DNA of 32,000 bases from Wallemia ichthyophaga EXF-994 (lineage: Eukaryota > Fungi > Basidiomycota). Below, piece after piece: positions 11,671-22,985 of this stretch; position 1 is the first letter of the stretch; the number at the start of each line of letters is the position of its first letter. A program made the translations under genes and the position numbers. The notes below the pieces were generated by a model. The model was given only the letters and a program-made list of their open reading frames with translations, made no database searches and had not been told where the DNA came from. The DNA is taken from positions 521,254 to 553,253 of the forward strand of contig NW_008806277.1 of NCBI RefSeq assembly GCF_000400465.1. Reading direction: 5' to 3'.

Positions 11671-12638
11671 TTAGTTGAAAATGCTTGAGACGACACCAGC
11701 ACCAGCACCGAATCCAACCTGTTTAATATGAAGTGGTTAATAAGGATAAAATGCCAAACAACAAGACTCACACCACCAGCAAACGAGTTACCCATAGTAG
11801 AGCCCAATTTCTTGAACTTGTTGTTTTTCTTTGGATCTTCAGGCTGCTGGACGTAAGTAGAAGGACCAGCGGCAGGTGGAGCAGGAGGTTGAGGGTATTG
11901 CTGGCCAGGTTGAGGATAGCTTTCCGCGTAAGTAGAAGCGCCGTAAGATATACCAGGAGGGCCATTGTAGGAAGGAGGTTGAGCATCCTTCTCCTTCTCA
12001 CCGCCAAATGTAGAGGATGGAGGAGCAGCTGGAGGGAGACTGCGCAGCTGAGGGTTCGCACCAATTCTCTCTACTCTGTTGCTAGGGAAGAGACCCTCTG
12101 CGCCGGTAGATTCACTGCGACCTTTCCACCAATCAGCGTTAACCTCCTCGATAATGTTGATAGTGTCGCCCTTCATAAGACGCAGATCAGAAGCCTCACC
12201 TGAGTAATCCCAGCGCGCAACACACTTTTTCAAAGCTGGGATTGGGGCGGGCATAGGAGCTTGTGGAGGTGGTGGTGGTGGTGGATGGCTGATTTGCTGT
12301 GGCTGGTGGGCGTTGTGGTGGGTGGCTGGGGTTGGATAGACTTGGGGTGGACCTGGTGGACTTGGTAGAGGAGATTCTTTGTTGTTCTTTTGGCTGAGAC
12401 TGCCTCGTCTGCTCATCGTTGGTAAGCTCGCCTGGCTGTTAAACGGAGCCGGCTGGACAGCTAGGCCAGAGGAGGGAACGCCTGATCTTTCAGAGTTAGC
12501 GGTGTTGCTGGATGGATTGGACAGCTTGAGCTTGATCAGCCTGGCGTCGGACGCGTTGAGGACACCTTGAGTCAGCAGGAAATCGACTTGTGCGGATATG
12601 TTGTTGATAATGAAATCGAGGTAGGCGTTTTCAGACAT
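11671..12638 (-). CDS. LSB1/PIN3-like proline-rich SH3-domain protein
   Basis: SH3 signature CVARWDY..DLRLMKGDTINIIEEVNADWWKG..EGLFPSNRV, poly-Pro tracts and PPSY/QQYP low complexity. One intron (gtgagt..ttaac..acag) yields the C-terminus GNSFAGGVGFGAGAGVVSSIFN*, with the stop at 11671-11673. Confidence 0.8.
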
Positions 12639-12776
12639 ATTCTAATTTACTGTGTGTGTATGCGTAAGCCTATGAAAAGCTGTTGGTCGTCGTAGTAAAG
12701 AATGCATATGCGGCTAGGCTAGCTTCATTCCTACCCGGCACTTAATTTGAAGGCAGAAATATCGAGGACAGTGATA

Positions 12777-14549
12777 ATGGAGAAGCTAATGAACAAATAT
12801 TCAGAACGCAGGGAAGAGCTACTGGGATTTGAAAATAAATTTAAACTCGATTACAGTGAGCAGGATAACATCAAATTTCATCCCGATTACAGTTTCGCCG
12901 TGGAATTCGTGGACCGCGTTAGGTGCTATGAGTGGTACAATCTCTGGTTTAAAGCTCAGCATACAGAAGTAGGGGCCCCATTCCTTGACAGTGAGAATGG
13001 CGTTGCGATGGCCGTTCGGCGCTGATATCAGCCTTTAGCCAAAAACATAATCGCGAAAACGAAGCTGTTTGAATTAATCAAGAAAATGCCCAAAGGCGGT
13101 CTCTTGCACGCCCACACTGATGCATGTGAGTGATGCACTTGCTATAGTCACATGTCTGACCTTTGGATTACTTTGCAATACAGCCGTGCCATTGGGCGAT
13201 GTATTCAAAATAGCTCATAAGTACGGTGCATTTATACAAATCAAGTCCACACATCCTCTCACTCAACACAACATACATTTTGGATTGGCTAAGATTTCGT
13301 TCAGGCCAGCTAATCAAGACAAACTGCCTTCTATAGATGCTAGTGTTATGCTGACTGAAAGCTACGAAACCGGAACTTGGTGCAACTACAATCAACTCGC
13401 TCAACTCGCTCAACACCCCGACAATAACAATATAATACCGTTTATTGAGAAACAGATGCTGATTACTGCAGAAGAAAGCTACATCACGCACAATACAATG
13501 GGCAAGATATGGTCAAAGTTTGGCAGTTGCTTTGGTGTTCTCTCTGGTCTTATAGCATTCGAACCCATCTGGGAAGAATATATAAAGCGACTTGTGCTGA
13601 GATGCGTTGAAGATGGTGTTGGGTATGTAGAAACCAGGTTGCTCTTGATCAACGAGTTGTCTTACGACGTTAACTGCAACCTCCGTTTAACGCGTCGTGA
13701 CTCTATCTTGATTTTCTTACGCGGCGTCGAATCAGCGAAAGATGTACTTCGGGAGGAAGGAAGACTGGATAAATTCTATGGCATAAATATTATATACTGC
13801 ACACTGCGATTCGTCAGTGAAGATGAGTTGTGGAATGCTATGTTAACATGCTTAGACATATACAAGGAGTTCCCAACGCTTATCAAAGGTGGGCGAAGTG
13901 TGATGAGGCGAAACATAAACTCATACTGCTTTGCTTATTAGGATTTGATTTGGTTGGGCATGAGGAGTCACCCTCCGGACACACACTCAACGACTACCTT
14001 GAAACTCTGCTACGCTTCCAGCAAAAGCAAATTGAGGAATTTGGAGATATCAAGATACCTTATGTCTTTCATGCAGGAGAGACACTGCACGATGGGAGTA
14101 TCGTAGATGACAATCTCTATGACGCGCTGTTATTAGGAACGCGAAGGATAGGACACGGTTATAGTCTATACAAGCATCCAACTCTTATGCAGATGTGCAA
14201 AGAGAAAGGAGTTTGTGTAGAGAGCTGTCCAATCTCAAACGAGGTATTGAGATTGACGGGAGGGATTGGAAACCATCCAATCACATGCCTGATAAATCAT
14301 GGAGTACCGGTGACACTATCCAGTGATGATCCTGCGATATTCCAGAACGCCATCTTATCTTATGATTTCTATATGCTAATCAACCACTCAAACAAGACAA
14401 ATCTTGGGACACTCAAGGTACTGGCAAGGAATTCAATAGAGTACTCGCTGATGGATGAGGAAGATAAAAGCAGAGTCAAAGGAAAGTGGGAACAAGATTG
14501 GGAGGAGTATGTTCGCTGGTTGAGAAGACAGGGAGAAGAGTGGAAATGA
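12777..14549 (+). CDS. Adenosine deaminase of the ADGF/ADA2 (CECR1-like) family; 3 introns
   Basis: Spliced frame gives GAPFLDTKNIIAKTKLFELIKKMPKGGLLHAHTD (HxH), then GFDLVGHEE, VFHAGET, RRIGHG, ESCPISNEVL and LSSDDP, the metal-binding and catalytic motifs of the family. Confidence 0.9.
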
Positions 14550-14654
14550 GAGGACAACAAGGAATAAAGAGGCCTACATTCATGTACAGCTGGATTGTAA
14601 ATATTTCATTTTGTAAATACACTCAAACGTATCTTGGTTCAAACAGTCAAGATA

Positions 14655-16461
14655 ATGTCAGTGGCAGCAGCACCACCACCACAGCCAGCGGGCGTGGATG
14701 TAAACAGCAGCTCCTTCAAGGATAAGGTGGGATTTCATTTGCTACCAGCGTGTACATTTCTCATGATCAACTCCAGGGCAAGCCAATGGAAGGTTAGCGA
14801 AGGGAGTTTAGATTGGTTGTAAATTGCTGACGGTGAATTTAGTACGCTTGTCTAATATGACAGCAGCGAAGAGTGTGTACTAGCCAATTGAATCCACTTA
14901 ACTCTAACACCTCCCAGCAATTTCCTCAGTCGTTAGATCTTCACTCGGTCCAAGAGGTCTTGATAAGATGGTGAGCTTAGCTTCTGCTTATTAGCATACT
15001 CTTGCTAATTCGCCCACTCAGATTCAAACTTCAAACGGCGAAGTCATTGTCACAAATGACGGTGCAACCATTCTCAACCACATGGCAGTTCTCCACCCAG
15101 CAGCGCGTATGCTCGTTGAACTCTCAAAAGCTCAAGATGTCGAAGCAGGTGATGGTACAACATCAGTCGTTGTTTTGGCAGGCAGCTTGTTAGGCGCGGC
15201 TGAGAAGATGTTGGGTAAAGGTATACACCCAACTATCATTGCAGAATCATTTCAATCAGCTGCTGCAAAAGCTGTTCAAGTTTTAGAAGAAATTTCCATA
15301 CCAGTTCAGTTAGATGACAGAGACGCGTTGTTGAGAGCTGCTACTACCTCTCTTAACTCGAAGATTGTCTCTCAGTACTCCAACGTACTCGCTCCAATCG
15401 CTGTCGATGCTGTCAGGAAATTAGCTTCCGAGGAGTCCACTAACGTTGATTTGCGCAACATTCGCACCGTAAAGAAGGTCGGTGGTACTATCGATGACAC
15501 TGAACTCGTTGATGGTCTCGCTCTTGAGCAACCTGTTGTTACTTCTGCAGGTGGTCCAACTAGAGTAGAAAAAGCAAAAATTGGTTTGATTCAGTTCCAG
15601 TTGTCGTCACCAAAACCAGATATGGATAACAAGATTGTTGTCAACGATTACAGACAGATGGACAAGATTCTCAAGGAGGAGCGTCAATATTTGTTGAACA
15701 TGTGCAAGAAGATTAAGAAGACAGGTTGTAATGTCTTGTTAGTGCAAAAGTCTATTCTGAGAGATGCTGTCAATGATCTCTCCCTGCACTTCCTCTCAAA
15801 GTTGAAAATTATGGTTGTCAAGGACGTTGAAAGGGATGAGATTGACTTTATTTCAAAGTCTACTGGATGTAAACCAATTGCAGACATTGAACACTTTAGT
15901 GAAGATAAATTAGGACAGGCAGATTTGATTGACGAAGTGCACAAGAATGGTGCTAAATTTGTCAAGATTTCAGGTCTCAAGAATCCAGGTAAGACAGTAT
16001 CGATACTTTGCACTGGTGCAAACAACCTCGTACTTGAAGAGTCACAACGTTCATTACACGACGCTTTGTGTGTTGTTAGATGTTTAGTCAAAAAGAGATT
16101 CCTCATAGCCGGAGGTGGTGCACCAGAGATCCACATTAACAGAAAACTAAGTGAAATCGCCCAGACGCTCAAAGGGATGGAAGCATACTGCTACCATGCT
16201 TTTGCTGAGGCTTTGGAGGTTATACCAACAACACTGGCTGAAAACGCTGGTCTGAACCCTATAGCTATAGTAACGGAATTGAGAAACCGTCAAGCAAAGG
16301 GTGAGATTACGACTGGTATTAATGTAAGAAAGGGTATGGTTAGCGACATTAAGCAGGAAAACGTACTTCAACCACTCTTGGTCACTACAAATGCACTTGA
16401 GCAAGCTACTGAGACTGTTTCACTTTTGTTGCGTATTGATGACTATAGCATTAGTCGTTAG
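14655..16461 (+). CDS. CCT4: Chaperonin CCT/TRiC subunit delta; 4 introns at the 5' end
   Basis: Spliced N-terminus [40 protein letters not shown], then GDGTTSVV, delta-type [31 protein letters not shown] and LLRIDD. Confidence 0.95.
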
Positions 16462-16550
16462 ATGGTGTTTTTAAGATTTACATTTTGTTATACATTCTAT
16501 TCAATAAACAAAAAGCAAATTATATTATTACATAATTATCATTACATGAG

Positions 16551-18648
16551 TTAATCTGATAAATAAGCAAGTCTGCGAGGAGGTGGAGATTGACTGGAGG
16601 TGGGTGATGCGACGGATGAAGGCGATGAAAAGGAGATTGAGTGGGCTTGTGAGGGTGGAGAGCCATTTGATTGGCTGCCTGCATCGGCATCGCTCTCATC
16701 ACTTTCCTGTTCACTTTCTTCCTGCGGTGGATCATATAACCTTGCTTTGGTGGTAGCGGCGTTGGCACTGGTATTAGTAACAACTTTGGAATTACCCTCG
16801 ACTGGCTCAGGTATGCGTATCTGAGTGAAAAAGAGCTTAAGGTGTGAGTTACCGATATTGCGTATCTTGTACTGATTCATGCGCGGTATGTAGAAACTAC
16901 CACCAAGACTAATATTAAATTCATGGCTTTGATTCAATCCTACTCTTGCAGCACCATCAATAATGTAGAAAACGTAGCAGTTATCATTAGATTCCTTATA
17001 TGGCTTCTCCTTACCTTTATCAATGACCATCACACCAGAGGCCATATGCTCAGGTTCTTGGAATATCTTCTTGAACTCGTATTCTTTTTTCAAATCGTCA
17101 ATCTTTAAGTGTTTTTCCCTATATGCAATATCCCTTTTGATAGTCTTGCCTGATTTATTCTTGACGGGGTAGGATGTGGTTGTGTATTTTTCTAGTGTCT
17201 TGTGCAGCTCTATCTCCTTTTGTTTGTTGTTCCTAGCGGCAGATTGTGCAGCACGCTTCTTACGCTCTTTTAGTGATGTTTGGGTTTGCTGTGTTGATTG
17301 TACTACTGGTGGTGGTGCGATAATATTCCCAGCAAAGTCAGTCCGCTCGAGCGCCCATTCTGCCAGTGGTCGGTGACGGGGACGAGAGGAGCGACGTAGA
17401 GCATCTGCTTCATCGTTGGTTTTATTTGAGGTGGTCTTGGTGACGTTTTTGGAAGTTTCACGAGTGTCAATCTGCCTCCGTTTCTTTTTGTCTATTTTTG
17501 CATCTTCTTTTTTCCTGCTTTCCTCCTGGATGTTATTTTCAGAGTCAGATTCGAGCATATTATCCACGCCATTAGCATATCCGAGTTCAGGTTCAGGTTC
17601 AGGCTGATATTCCTGATCGAGAATGATAGAATCGTCATCGCCACCATCATTGATGTGGATAGGGGCGCGTGGGGGTGATGGGGAATATTGCTGGTCGTAT
17701 TGATCAAGTTGCTCGGGTTGCATAGGGTGTTCAGGCTGTTCAACAGTACTTTCATCACCTTGCTTTCTTTTACCCTTGCTGTGTCTACGTATACGATCTA
17801 AATATTCTTTCTCGTGGTCTTCATGATCAGATGGATCCATGGGGGTTGGTCTGCGCTCTCTAATTTTTTCACCACTCGTCCTTCTATCCTTGCGTTGGTC
17901 GGTGGGAGAGTTTTCAGAGTGAGGTTTCCGTTTCTTGGAGGAGGAAGTGGCACTTTTATCTTTTTTGTCTGTTTTATCTGATTTGTCTTTTTTATCCTTT
18001 TTGACTTTTTTATTAGCAGTACTTGTATCAAAGTTCCTTTTGCGAGACTTTTCAACCTCTCTACGCTCCTCATCAGCTGCATGTTCTTCATCCTGCTGCT
18101 GCTGAATGATCCGATCGTGTTCCATTCTGCGTACGCGCTGGCGACGTTCATTGAGCTCATTGTCTTGATCTTGGTGAGAGAGCTGTCTACTATCTCTGTC
18201 CCTTATCGGTGGTTGGAGGGGCTGTGAAGAGGGAATTTTGTTGTAAAATTGGTAAGTATGAAACTCAGAATCAGAATCAGCATCTTGAGCATCTTGTGCC
18301 TCACGAAGAAGACGTGAAGTGAGGAGAGAGTGTCTGGGTTTGCGATTGGAGTGTTTCATTAACGATCTTGGAGTGACTTGTTCGCTGTTGACGATATCCA
18401 TGGTGGAGTTATTGTTGTTGTTGCTACCACTAGCACTAGCACTATCAGCACCACCACTACCACCACCGCCATTGAAACCCTCTGAAAAGAATTCATCTAG
18501 GTTCTCCAATCCATCGTCATCCTTTGTGACGCTGCCAACGCGAATACCAGTCTTTCTGTAGGTGAATGATTAGACGGATATAGATATATTTATTAGGGAG
18601 TACACACCTCCCAACAACACCGATATCATCATATTTAAATTTAGACAT
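16551..18648 (-). CDS. MIF2: Centromere protein CENP-C (Mif2/Cnp3)
   Basis: Exon 1 plus intron (gtgtgt..ctaat..tacag) gives MSKFKYDDIGVVGRKTGIRV..KDDDGLENLDEFF (Mif2 N-terminal motif). CENP-C motif LRRSSRPRHRPLAEWALER. C-terminal cupin FKKIF..MASGVMVI..KPYKES..YVFYIIDG..GGSFYIPRMNQYKIRN. Confidence 0.9.
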
Positions 18649-18666
18649 GATAAAAATAAATTTAAA

Positions 18667-18693
18667 TTTATTTTATTTATTTATTTATTTATT
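18667..18693. repeat. (TTTA)n microsatellite in the MIF2/SLM3 divergent spacer
   Basis: tttattttatttatttatttatttatt read directly from the sequence. Confidence 0.8.
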
Positions 18694-18740
18694 CTCAGTT
18701 GATGGTTTATATTCAAGTTGGTTGATAATCTACACACGCT

Positions 18741-19933
18741 ATGTTGGGTAGACTGAGCAGCGCAACCAATCAAAATAAGCGAGGTGGATATTGATTGATT
18801 ATCTGGAATAATCCACTCACAACCCACTCACAGCCATTATTGCAATGTCTGGTGGCGTTGATTCTTCCGTGGCTGCTGCTCTACTATCCCAGCAATCTAG
18901 CTACACTGTACAACCAGTATTCATGCGTAATTGGGATACACGCGATGAATACACACACTCCACTCCCGGTGGTGTTAAAGGTTGTGAATGGGAGATTGAC
19001 TATGCCAATGCAAAAGCTGTATGCACTCATCTAAATCTCCCTCAACCCCAGCTAGTTGATTTATCTAGCGAATATTGGCTTCGTGTTTTCTCTCCCAGTC
19101 TCGATATTTGGCGTAATGGTCAAACTCCAAATCCTGATATCGCATGCAATCGTCATATTAAATTTGATGCTTTGGCACATAAAGTTTTGAAAGGCGATGA
19201 TGACGTACTTGTTACTGGTCATTACGCACAGGTGGACACACTTACTGGCACTCTAAGCAGAGCCGTTGATAGAAATAAAGATCAAAGTTACTACCTTTCT
19301 GCCGTCAACAAAAACATACTAAATAGGGTCCTTCTCCCACTCGGATCACTTCATAAACAACACACGCGCTTTTTAGCTCACTCACTCAACCTCCCTAATG
19401 CCAATAGAGATGAGAGTATGGGTATTTGCTTCATTGGAGAGCGTCGTCATTTTGGTAGTTGGTTGGATGACTATATTCACACCAAAAAAGGCCTCTTCAT
19501 CACCCCACACGGCCATTCCCTCGGTGAGCACAACGGTTTACATCACTATACTATAGGGCAGAAGGCACGCATTGGTGGTGTACCGAAGAAATTATATGTC
19601 GCAGCCAAAAAAGGTAATGACGTCGTCGTAGTAGACTCACCACAACATAACCTCCTTAAATGCAAAACAATAATCACACATGCTGACATTAACTGGTTGG
19701 TTTCCATGGATCATCTCCCAAACACCCCTTTCGAGGCTACTGCACAGGTGAGACATAGACAGCTTGAAAGTAGGTGTACTGTACAAGTAGAGCATGACCA
19801 TTTGATGGTCACTTATCAACATTTTGAAATGGCAGTCGCACCTGGACAAACATGCGCCATTTACATGGGTGATGTGTGTATCGCGAGTGCGACAATAGAC
19901 AAAACAATTAGTGTGGATGGGATATTACATTAA
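18741..19933 (+). CDS. SLM3: Mitochondrial tRNA-specific 2-thiouridylase (MnmA/TRMU)
   Basis: Exon 1 MLGRLSSATNQNKR plus an intron joins AIIAMSGGVDSS (PP-loop). Further motifs: FMRNWD, PNPDIACNRHIKF, TGHYA, KDQSYYL, ESMGICFIG, AVAPGQ. Confidence 0.95.
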
Positions 19934-19939
19934 ATTTTA

Positions 19940-20917
19940 TTACAACTGCAAATACTCTGCTATGAACACCCTCATTATTCCATTCCAGCGTTCCATAGTC
20001 GGTATATCCAGCGCATCTCTGTCATCTTCCGCTTTATGCCATACAGAGGGGAAAGGTGAAGGTATTATGTGTAATATGGGTACCCCTCTGTGTAAGAAAG
20101 GAAGATGGTCATCGCTTACCCCAGATCGAGATGTTGTATTTTTGAAAAAGTTAGATTGAAAATTATTCAGTGTGTCAGATTTAGCAAATTCATTAACACG
20201 CTTTTCAATATCAATTAATCTATCATGCAGCCATTTAGTCGTTGAGAAGTAATTAGGAATAGATGGATTGTTTGCACCTAGCAAATCCAACAAAACCAAA
20301 TGATCAATACGGTCGAGTTGAGTGGGTAGTGGTTTTAGTTTGCGTGGATGTATGCTAGACTCCTGTCTGTCTACATACTCACTATCCAATGTTTCTGCAT
20401 AATGTTTTGCCCCATAGATGCTGTCATCATTCGACCAATTGACGAAAGCTTCTTCACCATCGAAAAAGATGAACTGAAGGGAGAGAGATGAGTCTAATGA
20501 AGACAACAAAGGTGTAAAGTAGTCAGCCAAATCGAGTAATAGTGAGCAGGGGAATGCAGAATCAGTTGCGCCAACAAAGTCAAAATTTTCAAAGAATTTG
20601 CTATCATAGTGAGCGGCGATAGAGAGTGTGTAAGGAGAGAGACGGTTGTGAGTGAAGACAAGATTGTTAAAGTCTTTGGAACCGTGAGGAGTGTTTGCAG
20701 AGAATGAGTCGATGTGTGTGTGCCAATTGAGAGATTTAAAGTGATTTAAAATATAATCAGCCACTTCCTTATTACTTTGTGTACCACTAACTCTGGGTGT
20801 GAGGAGTGTGTCTAAGTGATTCTCGTTGGTGAGTAGATTACCAGATAATAAGTCTACTAAATTAGAAGCCTTGACTAGGAAAATAAAAGTAAAATAAATT
20901 AATAGATGATATTTCAT
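19940..20917 (-). CDS. Glutaminyl-peptide cyclotransferase (M28 fold), with predicted signal peptide
   Basis: Hydrophobic N-terminus MKYHLLIYFTFIFLVKA, then AAHYDSK, VGATDSAFPC, FFDGEEAF, LLDLLG, SDDHLPF, FPSVWH. No intron. Confidence 0.92.
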   Translation of the reverse strand: MKYHLLIYFTFIFLVKASNLVDLLSGNLLTNENHLDTLLTPRVSGTQSNKEVADYILNHFKSLNWHTHIDSFSANTPHGSKDFNNLVFTHNRLSPYTLSIAAHYDSKFFENFDFVGATDSAFPCSLLLDLADYFTPLLSSLDSSLSLQFIFFDGEEAFVNWSNDDSIYGAKHYAETLDSEYVDRQESSIHPRKLKPLPTQLDRIDHLVLLDLLGANNPSIPNYFSTTKWLHDRLIDIEKRVNEFAKSDTLNNFQSNFFKNTTSRSGVSDDHLPFLHRGVPILHIIPSPFPSVWHKAEDDRDALDIPTMERWNGIMRVFIAEYLQL

Positions 20918-20966
20918 AAAGTGATATTAATTACTAGTGGACGTTGACAACCAACCACCATCAACA

Positions 20967-21767
20967 ATGACTTACAATCCACTCTACCGGAGAACTGGTC
21001 TAATTGGAATAAAACAAGGAATGACCTCAATTTTCAATGAACTTAATCAGCAAATCCCAGTGACTCTAATTAAAATTGATAGAAATCAAGTTAGCGGTGA
21101 TAAGGATGGTTACTTGCAATTGTCTTCTACAGACACTGATAAACTATCTAAACCACTATCAAAGCATTTCCAATCACTCAACATCCACCCAAAGAAACAC
21201 TCAAAAGAATTCAAAGTTTCTAATGAGTCAAAGATTCAAATCGGTACAGAGTTAAGCGCTGCTCACTTTGTACCTGGTCAGTTTGTAGACGTTCAAGCCA
21301 CTAGCAATGGTAAAGGCTTCTCTGGTGTCATGAAAAGACACAACTTCAAAGGATTGAGAGCTACTCACGGTACTTCCATCTCTCACAGGTCACAAGGTAG
21401 TACTGGTGCAAACCAAGACCCAGGTAGAGTCTTCCCTGGTAAGAAAATGGCTGGTAGAATGGGTGGTGAGACTACCACTGTCCAAAACTTGAAAATTGTT
21501 AGAATTGACACTCAAAACAACACTATACTCGTTAAAGGATCTATTCCTGGTAGAGATAATGGTACTATCTACATTAAAGACGCTATAAAGAAGCTCGTGA
21601 TTGATGGTCAAAATAAGTTTAAAAAGCTCGGTTCTCAACCTGAGCACACCTCAAAAGCTCTACCATGGGGCGTTGACACTTTACCTTTCCCTGCAGCCAC
21701 TCAAGAGATGGCTGCATCCTATCCACATATCCTACAAGCTCCAGCTGCCCCCAAAAAGGACGACTGA
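20967..21767 (+). CDS. MRPL3: Mitochondrial ribosomal protein uL3m (yeast YmL9-like)
   Basis: RRTGLIGIKQGMT, HFVPGQFVDV, GKGFSGVMKRHNFKGLRATHGTSISHRSQGSTG, PGRVFPGKKMAGRMG. The first in-frame ATG is at 20967 (the ORF track starts at GTG 20937), so the start is uncertain. Confidence 0.9.
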   Translation: MTYNPLYRRTGLIGIKQGMTSIFNELNQQIPVTLIKIDRNQVSGDKDGYLQLSSTDTDKLSKPLSKHFQSLNIHPKKHSKEFKVSNESKIQIGTELSAAHFVPGQFVDVQATSNGKGFSGVMKRHNFKGLRATHGTSISHRSQGSTGANQDPGRVFPGKKMAGRMGGETTTVQNLKIVRIDTQNNTILVKGSIPGRDNGTIYIKDAIKKLVIDGQNKFKKLGSQPEHTSKALPWGVDTLPFPAATQEMAASYPHILQAPAAPKKDD

Positions 21768-21859
21768 GTCAGGTGTATTTAGAGCATTATTTAGAGCATG
21801 AAAATATACATATTAAACGTAATATTGAGGATTAATATTCGCATATATAACTCAACAAT

Positions 21860-22921
21860 CTACCACTGCTTTGCGTACTCTTCTAATGATAAGAAGGTGT
21901 CAACTGCAGTTTGCTCCTGCGAAAAGAAAGTTTGTGCTAGCACTGTTTTTGCTTTATCATTTGCGAATCTGTGTCTGTGTATAGACTTTCCCTTGCCTTT
22001 TTCACCAACAGGTACATTCTTCTTGACTGTTTCGTTGTCACCAAGACGCTCGTGTAATGCATCGACGAAATCTTGATTGGTCACCATAGCTCTGTCGCTA
22101 GCACTGATGAAGCGCTCTCCACCGGCACGAGGAACAGTCATTGCGAGAACGTGTGTGTTAGCAACATCCCTCACATCGACAACATTGGACATTGGTTCGA
22201 TGAGTTTATCACCATTCGCATCCTTGAGTTCACCACTAAAGAGTTGGTAGAAACGAGAAATACTAGTGTTGAGCTTGTCTTCTGAGGGAATGTCGTGAAT
22301 GCAAGGACCGAGAATGAGTGGTGGTGCTATTGTCGCTAAATCGAATGAAGGCTTCTCCTTATCGATGAAATCCCAAGAAGCACGCTCAGCTAGAGTCTTT
22401 GAAGCCATGTAAAAGTCGAGTCTTGAAGCCTCGCGACCTTTCTCGTTGACTTGTGCAGGTGAGTGCTCGTTCCACCACTCCTCATTGTACACCGTAGGAG
22501 TATCACGAGGCATCATAACGCTAGCTACGGAGGAAGTGATGACTACCCTCTGCACTGACTTGTTGTGCTTATGTGCGCTGCGCAGGATGTTCACTGTACC
22601 CTCTACAGCTGGTTTGATAAGCTCGTCTGGATCCTCTGCGTTGAAATGGAATGGTGAAGCCGTGTGCATGATTCCATCCACTCCCTTAACAGCCTCGTCG
22701 AACGCATCGGGTGCTTCGATATCCTCGACTATCACATACTCAAATTTACCGCCACCGCCACTGACCTCATTCAGCTTACGCACGAGATAATCACCTTTCG
22801 CGGTGCTTCTCACAGTCGTGCGCACGTGGAATCCGGCGATGAGGAGCGCATGGCATACATGTGAGCCAACGAAGCCACTACCACCGCTTACTAGAATTTT
22901 ACCTTGATGTACTGCAGGCAT
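21860..22921 (-). CDS. Extended SDR NAD(P)-dependent reductase (GRE2/ARI1, dihydroflavonol reductase-like)
   Basis: ILVSGGSGFVGSH, HTASPF, VVITSS, catalytic YMASK (YxxxK), VDVRDVA..H. The start is either ATG 22921 or 22957. Confidence 0.88.
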   Translation of the reverse strand: MPAVHQGKILVSGGSGFVGSHVCHALLIAGFHVRTTVRSTAKGDYLVRKLNEVSGGGGKFEYVIVEDIEAPDAFDEAVKGVDGIMHTASPFHFNAEDPDELIKPAVEGTVNILRSAHKHNKSVQRVVITSSVASVMMPRDTPTVYNEEWWNEHSPAQVNEKGREASRLDFYMASKTLAERASWDFIDKEKPSFDLATIAPPLILGPCIHDIPSEDKLNTSISRFYQLFSGELKDANGDKLIEPMSNVVDVRDVANTHVLAMTVPRAGGERFISASDRAMVTNQDFVDALHERLGDNETVKKNVPVGEKGKGKSIHRHRFANDKAKTVLAQTFFSQEQTAVDTFLSLEEYAKQW

Positions 22922-22985
22922 TAGATGATGATTGTAATTGAACAAGGCAAAAGCCATGATATCACTTCAGACCCCAACAGTCATC

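Noticed and set aside
14900-14970. CCT4 N-terminal helix reads [18 protein letters not shown] rather than the usual AVADAIRTSLGPKGMDKM
   Set aside because: The nucleotide-binding LGP and GDGTTS motifs are intact; ordinary lineage divergence is sufficient.
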